A stretch of 64,000 nt of DNA from Candidatus Hodarchaeota archaeon (GTDB taxonomy: Archaea > Asgardarchaeota > Lokiarchaeia > Sigyniarchaeales > SOKP01). Each line of letters starts with the position of its first letter. Position 1 is the stretch's first letter. Positions 21,258-28,669 of the stretch are shown piece after piece. The stretch is from positions 17,576-81,575 of the forward strand of contig JBHLKM010000012.1 in NCBI GenBank assembly GCA_048886685.1, in the 5' to 3' direction. Position numbers and translations under genes: made by a program. The notes beneath the pieces are model-generated. The model was not told the origin of the DNA and did not search any database. It saw only the letters and a list, made by a program, of their open reading frames with translations.

Positions 21258-22022
21258 TTAAAATCCATCAAATTTAGCCCATTCATCTTCTTCTTCTGCT
21301 TCCTCTTCATCATCAGCGTATTCTTCGATTTCATCACTCTTGATGCTTTCGGGAAATTCTTCCTCAAATTCTTCAAATTCTTCTTCGAAAGTAATTGCTT
21401 GGTCTAAATCAGTTATCACTTCTGCAGAAACTTTTATTTCAGGTACAAGTTCTTCCACTGGCTTCTTCTTTTCTACTAATTTCAGATAATCGCCATGAAT
21501 CTTGATTGTTATAGGAGTTTCTTCTTGTAATAGTCGAACAACAACTTCTTCACTCGCACTCGAGTCGTGAGGCATGCGCATTACAAGTGCTCTAGCACCT
21601 TCAAATACTCCACTTATTATTTCAACAGTATCTCCCTCTTCTAAATATTCTGTTACACTCCTTGGTAATAATACATGTTTAAGTTCAGACAATTTAATAT
21701 TCTGAACGATTCTTCCTTTTATGTGAGGAATACCTTGAACAGCTATTTGCACATCACGCTTCTGAGGAGCTTCAAAGAATATATATCCTGGCAATAAAGG
21801 AGAAACAAGCATAGCTCTAATATCAGGTATTACATCTAAGATCTTAAATCGATAAAAAATCTGCTTTAAAATATTGCTTTCTTGATTAATGGTTGTTCTT
21901 ACTGCAAAAAGCGTTGTAAGTTCTAGTTCATCCTTTTCCTCAAGCGCTTCTATTGAGTAACTCTCTTCTATTTCAAGTTCCTTACTTCTATTTTCTTTTA
22001 ATTCTTCACTTTGGTCTGGCAT
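21258..22022 (-). CDS. spt5: transcription elongation factor Spt5 (NGN+KOW) with acidic tails
   Basis: FAVRTTINQE, LPGYIFFE, KOW GDTVEIISGVFEG. Confidence 0.92.
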   Translation of the reverse strand: MPDQSEELKENRSKELEIEESYSIEALEEKDELELTTLFAVRTTINQESNILKQIFYRFKILDVIPDIRAMLVSPLLPGYIFFEAPQKRDVQIAVQGIPHIKGRIVQNIKLSELKHVLLPRSVTEYLEEGDTVEIISGVFEGARALVMRMPHDSSASEEVVVRLLQEETPITIKIHGDYLKLVEKKKPVEELVPEIKVSAEVITDLDQAITFEEEFEEFEEEFPESIKSDEIEEYADDEEEAEEEDEWAKFDGF

Positions 22023-22197
22023 TTCTTTTCACGAATCTCATTTGAATTTAGGTTTTTAATAAATAATAAAGAAAAATAAGTATATATAATAAGGAATTAC
22101 TAAATTATAAAATTTTGCTTTTCAATGAGTTTCCAATTATTTGATTTTTAGAACACACAATTTTAAATTAATTTTGCAGCTATGAAATTCCTGTCAG

Positions 22198-22566
22198 CTA
22201 AAATGTAATATTATTAATATCTAGTATTTCAGGGACTTTATTATTACGCTCAAGCCAAGAGATTTCTGCTCTTGTATACCTCCATGTAATTTCACATTTT
22301 CCCAATTTATCTTGAGCTTCCGTCGCCCATTCCCATGGGTTTACAATCACGAGGTCTCCACGTCTAATCCAAACTCTTTTCTTTATTTTACCACGAATTC
22401 TTCCTATTCTATGCTTCCCATCTTCACAGAATACCCTCATTCTATCACCACCTAGTATGTCAAGAACAATAGCAAACATCTCCCCTAAATTTTTACTCGG
22501 GAATTTAACCCTAGTAATTACAGGTTCTTCATTACCTCTACCTTTTTTACCTTTTTTTTTTGCCAT
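22198..22566 (-). CDS. eif1a: translation initiation factor aIF-1A
   Basis: LGGDRMRVFCEDG, RIRGKIKKRVWIRRGD, WRYT. Confidence 0.95.
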   Translation of the reverse strand: MAKKKGKKGRGNEEPVITRVKFPSKNLGEMFAIVLDILGGDRMRVFCEDGKHRIGRIRGKIKKRVWIRRGDLVIVNPWEWATEAQDKLGKCEITWRYTRAEISWLERNNKVPEILDINNITF

Positions 22567-22601
22567 AATTATCCTTTATTTTATAATTTAGATTTTTAAA
22601 T

Positions 22602-22937
22602 TCAAATTTTATCGTCAGGTTTATAATCTCCCTTGATGAAAACAATCTTAATTGGTTCACTTGAATCATTCCTAATATTATGCATTTCTTTAGGTTCACA
22701 CAAAAAGACACTACCTTGTGGTGCACGATATTCTTTATCATCAATAATCATGATACCATCTCCTTCAATGAAATAAAAAGTTTCATCTATAATATTGTGA
22801 CCATGTGCATTTTCCCCCATCAATTCTCCGGGTTTGAGAAAAATAACACCCCAGTCTATCGATGGACCTCTCATAAGATATTTTACCCCAGATTCTCCAC
22901 CTCTATATTCAAAATCTGTTTCATGTACTTTTTTAAT
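22602..22937 (-). CDS. cupin domain protein, probable ATT start
   Basis: HxH...ETFYF...H cupin motif; frame open upstream of ATG 22874 to ATT 22937, which follows a GGTGA SD. Confidence 0.8.
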   Translation of the reverse strand: MKKVHETDFEYRGGESGVKYLMRGPSIDWGVIFLKPGELMGENAHGHNIIDETFYFIEGDGIMIIDDKEYRAPQGSVFLCEPKEMHNIRNDSSEPIKIVFIKGDYKPDDKI

Positions 22938-23065
22938 TGTAAATCACCATTGGTATAAATTGTATTATAAAACAAATTATCTAGAGTAAATTATAAATCT
23001 TACCCATTATAAAGAGATTCATAGGTAATTATATTAATTTTATCGCCTTTGGAAGAATATAAAGG

Positions 23066-24262
23066 GTGAATGAAATGATCCCATCTTTTAGTTTTGCAAG
23101 AATTCCCAATATAATTTTTGGTGCTGGAAAGTTAAATGATTTATATGATATTATACCACAATTCGGAAAAAATATCCTTTTTATAATTGGTGAGAGTTCA
23201 TTAAAAAAATCAGGTAATTGGGACAAGATTACATCAATTATAGAGCATATATCTATCAATTATTCAATAGTTTCCATTTCTAAGGAACCCTCTCCAACTA
23301 TTATTGATGAAGCCACAACGAGCTTTCGAAAGAAAAACATAGAATTGGTGGTTGGTATAGGTGGTGGGAGTGTCACCGATGCAGGAAAAGCAATATCAGC
23401 AATGATTCCAAAAGAGGATTCGATAAAAAACTATTTAGAAGGCGTTGGTAATAAGACTCATGATGGTAAAAAAATTCCATATATTGCAATCCCAACAACT
23501 TCAGGTACTGGAAGTGAAGCTACTAAAAATGCTGTAATTAGCGAGATCGGACCTGATGGCTTTAAAAAATCATTACGACATGATAATTTAATTCCCAATA
23601 TTGCGTTAATAGATCCAGAACTTATGATTTCTTGTCCCCCATCTATTTCAGCTGCATGTGGAATGGATGCTTTTACTCAATTACTTGAGGCCTATGTGTC
23701 AACAAAGGGGAGCCCTATGACAGATACTTTAGCTTTTAGTGGTATGAAATATATTAATAAAAATTTATTGTCAGCATGTTCAAGTGGTGCATCTAATGTC
23801 GAAGTTCGAACTGCTATGGCTTATGGATCACTTATGTCAGGAATTACTCTAGCAAATGCAGGATTAGGAATTGTACATGGATTGGCTGGTCCTATTGGGG
23901 GCTTATTCGATATACCTCATGGGATTATATGTGGCACCCTCTTAGCGGAAGCTACAAAAATGAACATTAAAAAGTTACAGGAACAGGATCCCATCGGAAA
24001 AGAAGCCCTTAGAAAATATGCTGATATTGGAGCATTATTATCAGGCAAAAAAGTTGTAGAACAAGGAAAAATTAATAAATATTACTCAATCTTAGTTGAT
24101 ATTCTTGATGAATGGACTAAAGACTTAAAACTGGAACCACTAGGTAAATATGGCATTAATATGGGAGATATTGAAAAAATTGTTGATAAAACGGGATTAA
24201 AAAATAATCCTGTTAATTTAAACAGAAAGGATTTAAGGACTATTTTGATAAATCGTCTTTAA
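23066..24262 (+). CDS. iron-containing alcohol dehydrogenase
   Basis: GGGSVTDAGK, PTTSGTGSE, GMDAFTQ, VHGLA, IPHG. Confidence 0.93.
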   Translation: MNEMIPSFSFARIPNIIFGAGKLNDLYDIIPQFGKNILFIIGESSLKKSGNWDKITSIIEHISINYSIVSISKEPSPTIIDEATTSFRKKNIELVVGIGGGSVTDAGKAISAMIPKEDSIKNYLEGVGNKTHDGKKIPYIAIPTTSGTGSEATKNAVISEIGPDGFKKSLRHDNLIPNIALIDPELMISCPPSISAACGMDAFTQLLEAYVSTKGSPMTDTLAFSGMKYINKNLLSACSSGASNVEVRTAMAYGSLMSGITLANAGLGIVHGLAGPIGGLFDIPHGIICGTLLAEATKMNIKKLQEQDPIGKEALRKYADIGALLSGKKVVEQGKINKYYSILVDILDEWTKDLKLEPLGKYGINMGDIEKIVDKTGLKNNPVNLNRKDLRTILINRL

Positions 24263-24278
24263 TTAGGAAGACAAATCC

Positions 24279-24788
24279 CTAAAGATTTTTAATGATTTCT
24301 TTTGCTAATAATCTAAACGCTAAATCCACGTTTACGCCCGTTTTGGAAGAAATTTTTAAATACTTAAAAAAACCATACTTCTCTGGAAAGCTCCGCGCAA
24401 ATTTATCTTCGACAGTAATCGAATCTCTTAAATCTAATTTAGATCCTAGGAAGATTATAGGGATTCCTGGATTTTCACCTCTACATATGTTAACCCATTG
24501 TTCAATATTTTCTAAACTTGATGGGCGTGTAAGATCAAATAATAATAAAGCACCTTTTGCCCCTAAAGAGTAATCTTTCAGTAAAGGTCTAAAATGGTCT
24601 TGTCCACCAAAATCCCAAACCTGCAAAGTAATTGTTTCTCCTTTAATATACATCTCTTTGAGAAAGAACTCTACGCCTAAGGTCATCTTTGTGTCTGCTA
24701 AAAATTTCCCTTCCACATACCGATACAGAAGTGTTGTTTTTCCTACACCTCCATCTCCGGCAGTAATGACCTTTAATAATTTGGACAT
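24279..24788 (-). CDS. Rab-like small GTPase
   Basis: GDGGVGKT, TLGVEF, WDFGGQ, GSKLD, ISSKTG. Confidence 0.93.
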   Translation of the reverse strand: MSKLLKVITAGDGGVGKTTLLYRYVEGKFLADTKMTLGVEFFLKEMYIKGETITLQVWDFGGQDHFRPLLKDYSLGAKGALLLFDLTRPSSLENIEQWVNICRGENPGIPIIFLGSKLDLRDSITVEDKFARSFPEKYGFFKYLKISSKTGVNVDLAFRLLAKEIIKNL

Positions 24789-24954
24789 TTTACCTCATCA
24801 GATTCACAAAAGTGAACGAAAAACTTGATTATTGAATAATATTTGGTTTATTGAATTTTATATTTCTTCATTTTTAAAATAGTTTTGTGAATAATAAATC
24901 TTCATATTATCAATAAATAAAGTCCATGTAATAAAAAATCAACGTGAAAACTTG

Positions 24955-25398
24955 TTAAGATCTTTCGATGGATAAATATTTTTTTTGTCGAAGAAAAATT
25001 GTATTTATATTTGATAATCTTGCTTTTCTACGTAATTCAGAATCATTTGTTGCTAAAAAGGTAATATATCCTTCCTCCTTTAACTCTAAGGTTTTCTGCA
25101 AGAGGAATGCATCAGTCAATTCACTGGGCTCTTTAGTGTCTTCTAAGTAGATTATTTCATAATTGGCTTTATTCTTCTCTAGATATAATAACCCAGAATC
25201 TAGCAATCTTTTGAATTTTGTACTCTTTGATTGTCTTCTCCTTTTAGCTTCAAGCTCATCTAATATCTGTTTAAATATAACAAATCGTAATTTTCCTTCC
25301 AATTTTAACCTAATTTCACTTAAATAATCTATTTTAAACTGATAAGGAAGTAGAATAAAGTTTGAATCAATTACTATTAGATTAATATTAGACTTCAA
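24955..25398 (-). CDS. PIN-domain protein, Fcf1/Utp24-like rRNA processing family
   Basis: VIDSNF, ILDELE, TDAFL, LATNDSELRRK, LRQKK. Confidence 0.85.
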   Translation of the reverse strand: MKSNINLIVIDSNFILLPYQFKIDYLSEIRLKLEGKLRFVIFKQILDELEAKRRRQSKSTKFKRLLDSGLLYLEKNKANYEIIYLEDTKEPSELTDAFLLQKTLELKEEGYITFLATNDSELRRKARLSNINTIFLRQKKYLSIERS

Positions 25399-25916
25399 TA
25401 AGTCTGTCGCTCTAAGATTTTTTTTGTTAAAATATCAAATGCTTGACTTACATTTTCACCCGTTTTTGATGAAATTTTAAGAAAGTCAATTAAATTATAT
25501 TCATTGAGAAATGACCTAGCATAATCATCATCCACTTGAATTTCATCTTCCAAATCTAATTTAGTACCTAGAAAAAGAACGGGAAGATTCGGGTCTCCCT
25601 TACGAACGATGCCAAGCCACTGTTCAAGATTTTCCAATGTCATCATCCTTGTAAGATCAAACATAAGCAGTGCTCCTTTTGCTCCAAGCACATAACTTTC
25701 AAGAAGGAATCGAAAACGCTCTTGTCCTCCAAAATCCCAAAGTTGCAGGGTGCACTGTTTACCATCAATTTCTGTCTCTTTTAAAAAGAATTCAACACCA
25801 ATAGTCATGCGAGTGTCTGCCGAGAATTTACCTTCTACGTACCGATGTAAGAGTGTTGTTTTTCCAACACCCCCTTCTCCAGCTGTTAAAATTTTTAATA
25901 TAAACTTCTGTGGCAT
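25395..25916 (-). CDS. Rab-like small GTPase
   Basis: GEGGVGKT, TIGVEF, WDFGGQERF, GTKLD, ISSKTG; stop overlaps the PIN start. Confidence 0.93.
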   Translation of the reverse strand: MPQKFILKILTAGEGGVGKTTLLHRYVEGKFSADTRMTIGVEFFLKETEIDGKQCTLQLWDFGGQERFRFLLESYVLGAKGALLMFDLTRMMTLENLEQWLGIVRKGDPNLPVLFLGTKLDLEDEIQVDDDYARSFLNEYNLIDFLKISSKTGENVSQAFDILTKKILERQTY

Positions 25917-26195
25917 TCTTACAATCTCTTTCTATTTGTTGGATGAAATTTTTAAAAAGTTAATCTTTTGGAGGTTCTTGAATAGATTAATTTTTTTTTT
26001 ATAATAATAATCTTGATACGAATTAATATTCTTTAGTTAATCGAAAATTTAAAAATTAATTTTAAAAATAATCTTTTATTTTTGATGTTTATTCTTTTTT
26101 CTAAATATAATTCACTAATAAACAATTTCAAAATAAATTTTATTAATTTAGGAATAATAATTTCTACTAGTCTCTTTCAAAAAGGTGATATAAAA

Positions 26196-26489
26196 ATGAA
26201 AATGAAAAAGAAAATACCTTCTGAAGAAGATTTGAAAAGATTAGGTGTAAAATCATGGGGTACTTGGAGCAAGGAAGTGAGTGAATTTGATTGGTCTTAT
26301 GGGGATACAGAAACATGTTATATCCTTGAAGGTGAAGTAGAAGTAACTGATCCCGCGACAAATGAGAAAATAGAATTCAAGAAAGGCGATTTAGTGCAAT
26401 TTGAAAAAGGATTAAAATGTGTGTGGAATGTGAAAAAACCAGTTAGGAAATATTTTAGTTTTGATTTGAAATTTGGGGATATTGACTAA
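26196..26489 (+). CDS. cupin_3 (DUF861) protein
   Basis: WGTW..E.S.FDWSY...ETCYILEGEV...GDLV.F; GGTGA SD before ATG 26196. Confidence 0.88.
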   Translation: MKMKKKIPSEEDLKRLGVKSWGTWSKEVSEFDWSYGDTETCYILEGEVEVTDPATNEKIEFKKGDLVQFEKGLKCVWNVKKPVRKYFSFDLKFGDID

Positions 26490-26597
26490 ATTCAAATCTT
26501 TTTTTTTATAATCTTTTTACCTTGAACGGAGATTTTAAATCTATAAATAACCTTAACTATCAATAAATATAACAAACTAATTTTATCTTGATTCAAT

Positions 26598-27071
26598 ATG
26601 GAAAATTATATACCTTTTGGTTTGAGTGATTTTAAAATAGAACAATTGGGTTTTGTGTATAAAGATATTAGAAAACAAGCAAAAATAATGGAAACTTTCT
26701 TTGGCATCCCAAAATTTACCATACTAGGGCCCGTAGAAATGGAAATCATATATCATGGAAAACAGACAAAATGGGCTGCGTCCGGAGCATTTGGGAGACT
26801 ATTTAATGATGTTGAGGTTGAGTTAATACAAGTTCATAGTGGGGAATGTATTCATCAAGAGTTTTTAGATCAGGGGAGGGAAGGATTCCACCATGTCCGT
26901 GCTTCTGTTGATAACTTAGAAACAGTTATAGAAAAGTTTAAAGAAGAAGGCATTGATGTATTACAAACAGGAAGAATAGTAGCTTCAACATATGCATATA
27001 TGGACACAGAAGATATTTTAGGAATAATTCTTGAATTTTCAGCATCAAAAAGGGGAAGAAGGAGAAGGTAG
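26598..27071 (+). CDS. VOC/glyoxalase family protein (methylmalonyl-CoA epimerase-like)
   Basis: QLGFVYKD, ELIQ, EGFHH, YAYMDT, ILEF. Confidence 0.85.
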   Translation: MENYIPFGLSDFKIEQLGFVYKDIRKQAKIMETFFGIPKFTILGPVEMEIIYHGKQTKWAASGAFGRLFNDVEVELIQVHSGECIHQEFLDQGREGFHHVRASVDNLETVIEKFKEEGIDVLQTGRIVASTYAYMDTEDILGIILEFSASKRGRRRR

Positions 27072-27088
27072 ATATCTAACTTATTAAT

Positions 27089-27631
27089 TTATGCAAATCT
27101 TTGCTTTTCTTTGTGCTCTTTTACGGAAATTTCTCTTTCACTAAGTCTTTCAAGTTTTATTAAAGTATCTTGAATTGCCTTAATTTCTACCCTAGTATTG
27201 ATTTTATATTTTTTTAATTTATCAAGCATTTCTTTTTCACTATAACCTTTATTGTAAACCTCCTTGAATGCCTGAATGGTATCTTGATGGTAGGAGATGT
27301 ACTGTTTGTTTAAAAAGATTATTAACCATTTTTTTTTCTGTTGGTCTTGGGATAATCTAAACATCCCATCTCTGATTTTCTCAATAGGCTTATTGAACTT
27401 TCTTGCAATTAATTCATCCTCAATCTTGTAAAATTTTTTGATAAATCTGTGGAGTTTATTTTTAAGAAAGAACCTTGGGATATATGAAAGTAAAAACGTC
27501 ACTAATGTTATTCCAGCCATCCAAATGGCTGCAAATGGATTAAAAAATGCTATAATAACAATTATTATGACAAGAATTAAGAACCATCTTCGTCCTATAC
27601 TTTTAAAAATAACTATATATTTTTTTGGCAT
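27089..27631 (-). CDS. hypothetical membrane protein
   Basis: Two N-terminal TM segments, basic soluble domain. Confidence 0.7.
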   Translation of the reverse strand: MPKKYIVIFKSIGRRWFLILVIIIVIIAFFNPFAAIWMAGITLVTFLLSYIPRFFLKNKLHRFIKKFYKIEDELIARKFNKPIEKIRDGMFRLSQDQQKKKWLIIFLNKQYISYHQDTIQAFKEVYNKGYSEKEMLDKLKKYKINTRVEIKAIQDTLIKLERLSEREISVKEHKEKQRFA

Positions 27632-27719
27632 ATTTATCTAAAATTTTGCAATTAATTGTAATATATCTTATCATTGATTACATAAAAAAATTATTTATAG
27701 AAAAATGTAGGAGAATTTA

Positions 27720-27940
27720 TTACTTATAACCACATAAAATAGCGTGACCGGGTATTATCCTTGTAAGCCATGACCGTAAGCGGACTTACAGCTTATAGTT
27801 TCCCACAGATTTCACTTACAACACGGAGTGAGTTGTAAATCGTAACTGCAGTACTATCTATAACGCTAACCAGTTTAACTTCCGGGTTCGGATGGTTCCA
27901 GCGCTGTAGCGAAATGCTACCTTTTTATGTGGATAGGTAA
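27720..27940 (-). repeat. inverted repeat / precursor stem enclosing the permuted 5S RNA
   Basis: CCACATAAAA (27730-27739) with TTTTATGTGG (27923-27932), extended by 27720-27727 with 27933-27940 and an inner AGCG/CGCT pair. Confidence 0.75.
27746..27895 (-). rRNA. rrf: 5S rRNA, circularly permuted gene with helix IV expansion segment
   Basis: 3' half CCAUCCGAACCCGGAAGUUAA...AGUAC...GGGAAA...GCUGUAAG (27895-27785), UCCG linker, then 5' half CUUACGGUCAUGGC...UACCCGGUC (27780-27746); helices I-V can all be paired. Confidence 0.85.
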
Positions 27941-27978
27941 CTATGTCTTTACCATTTAATAAGTCCGGTTATTTACAG

Positions 27979-27996
27979 TATAAATACCTTCTTATT
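27979..27996 (-). promoter_or_regulatory. putative BRE/TATA promoter of the 5S precursor
   Basis: Purine run followed by TATTTATA on the minus strand, about 40 nt before the precursor stem. Confidence 0.45.
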
Positions 27997-28094
27997 AGGT
28001 AATGAGTAAGTAGAAATAATAAAGACTAGTAATTAAACTTTTTCATAGAAAAAGGCAAAATTTAAAAGGAGTAAACTAAGATATGCCCTAGAAT

Positions 28095-28658
28095 ATGATA
28101 TTTCAAATAATTATCCGAGAAGTACAGTGGTACCAGTATTTAATAAATATTTTAATCACAGTAATAGGTAGATTACTTGATTTGCTTAGCACGCGATATG
28201 TATCAAAAGAATTAAAATTGGAGACGAATATATTGGCTAAACGTATTGGTTGGAAGGGAATGGTTTTTATGCAGATACCTCTTGTGGTTTTAGGTGCATT
28301 AGACTTTTATTTTAGCTTCTTTATTTTATGGTGGAGTATATTACTATTCGCTAACAATATAGAAGGGAGCTGGTATATAAAAGAAACAGGAGAAGCAAAC
28401 TATCATAGAGAATTAGTATCCCGAGTAAAAAAATCCACCGGATGGAAAATCCTGTTCAGTGAAATTTCATATATTATAAAATTTTCAATAGCAGGGATTT
28501 TTATTATTATTTTCTTATTTATATATTATGATCTATTAGCTGTATTTTTAATTGCATTAGCTTTAATCATACAAGGAATTTTTGGGACAATTAGTTCAAT
28601 TTTTTATCTTCTTAATTTAAAAAAAAGTAAATCTCAAGAAGACCCTGTATCTGAGTAA
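28095..28658 (+). CDS. hypothetical polytopic membrane protein
   Basis: 4-5 hydrophobic segments; LDLLST...ETN motif. Confidence 0.7.
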   Translation: MIFQIIIREVQWYQYLINILITVIGRLLDLLSTRYVSKELKLETNILAKRIGWKGMVFMQIPLVVLGALDFYFSFFILWWSILLFANNIEGSWYIKETGEANYHRELVSRVKKSTGWKILFSEISYIIKFSIAGIFIIIFLFIYYDLLAVFLIALALIIQGIFGTISSIFYLLNLKKSKSQEDPVSE

Positions 28659-28669
28659 TATAAATTATT

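Noticed and set aside
27777-27971. Ordinary (unpermuted) 195-nt 5S rRNA with three insertions, closed by CGGACUUA/UAAGUCCG
   Set aside because: It requires a poorly matching 5' half with two extra insertions, whereas the downstream 27780-27746 segment matches the 5S 5' consensus and pairs helices I-III well. Kept only as an alternative.
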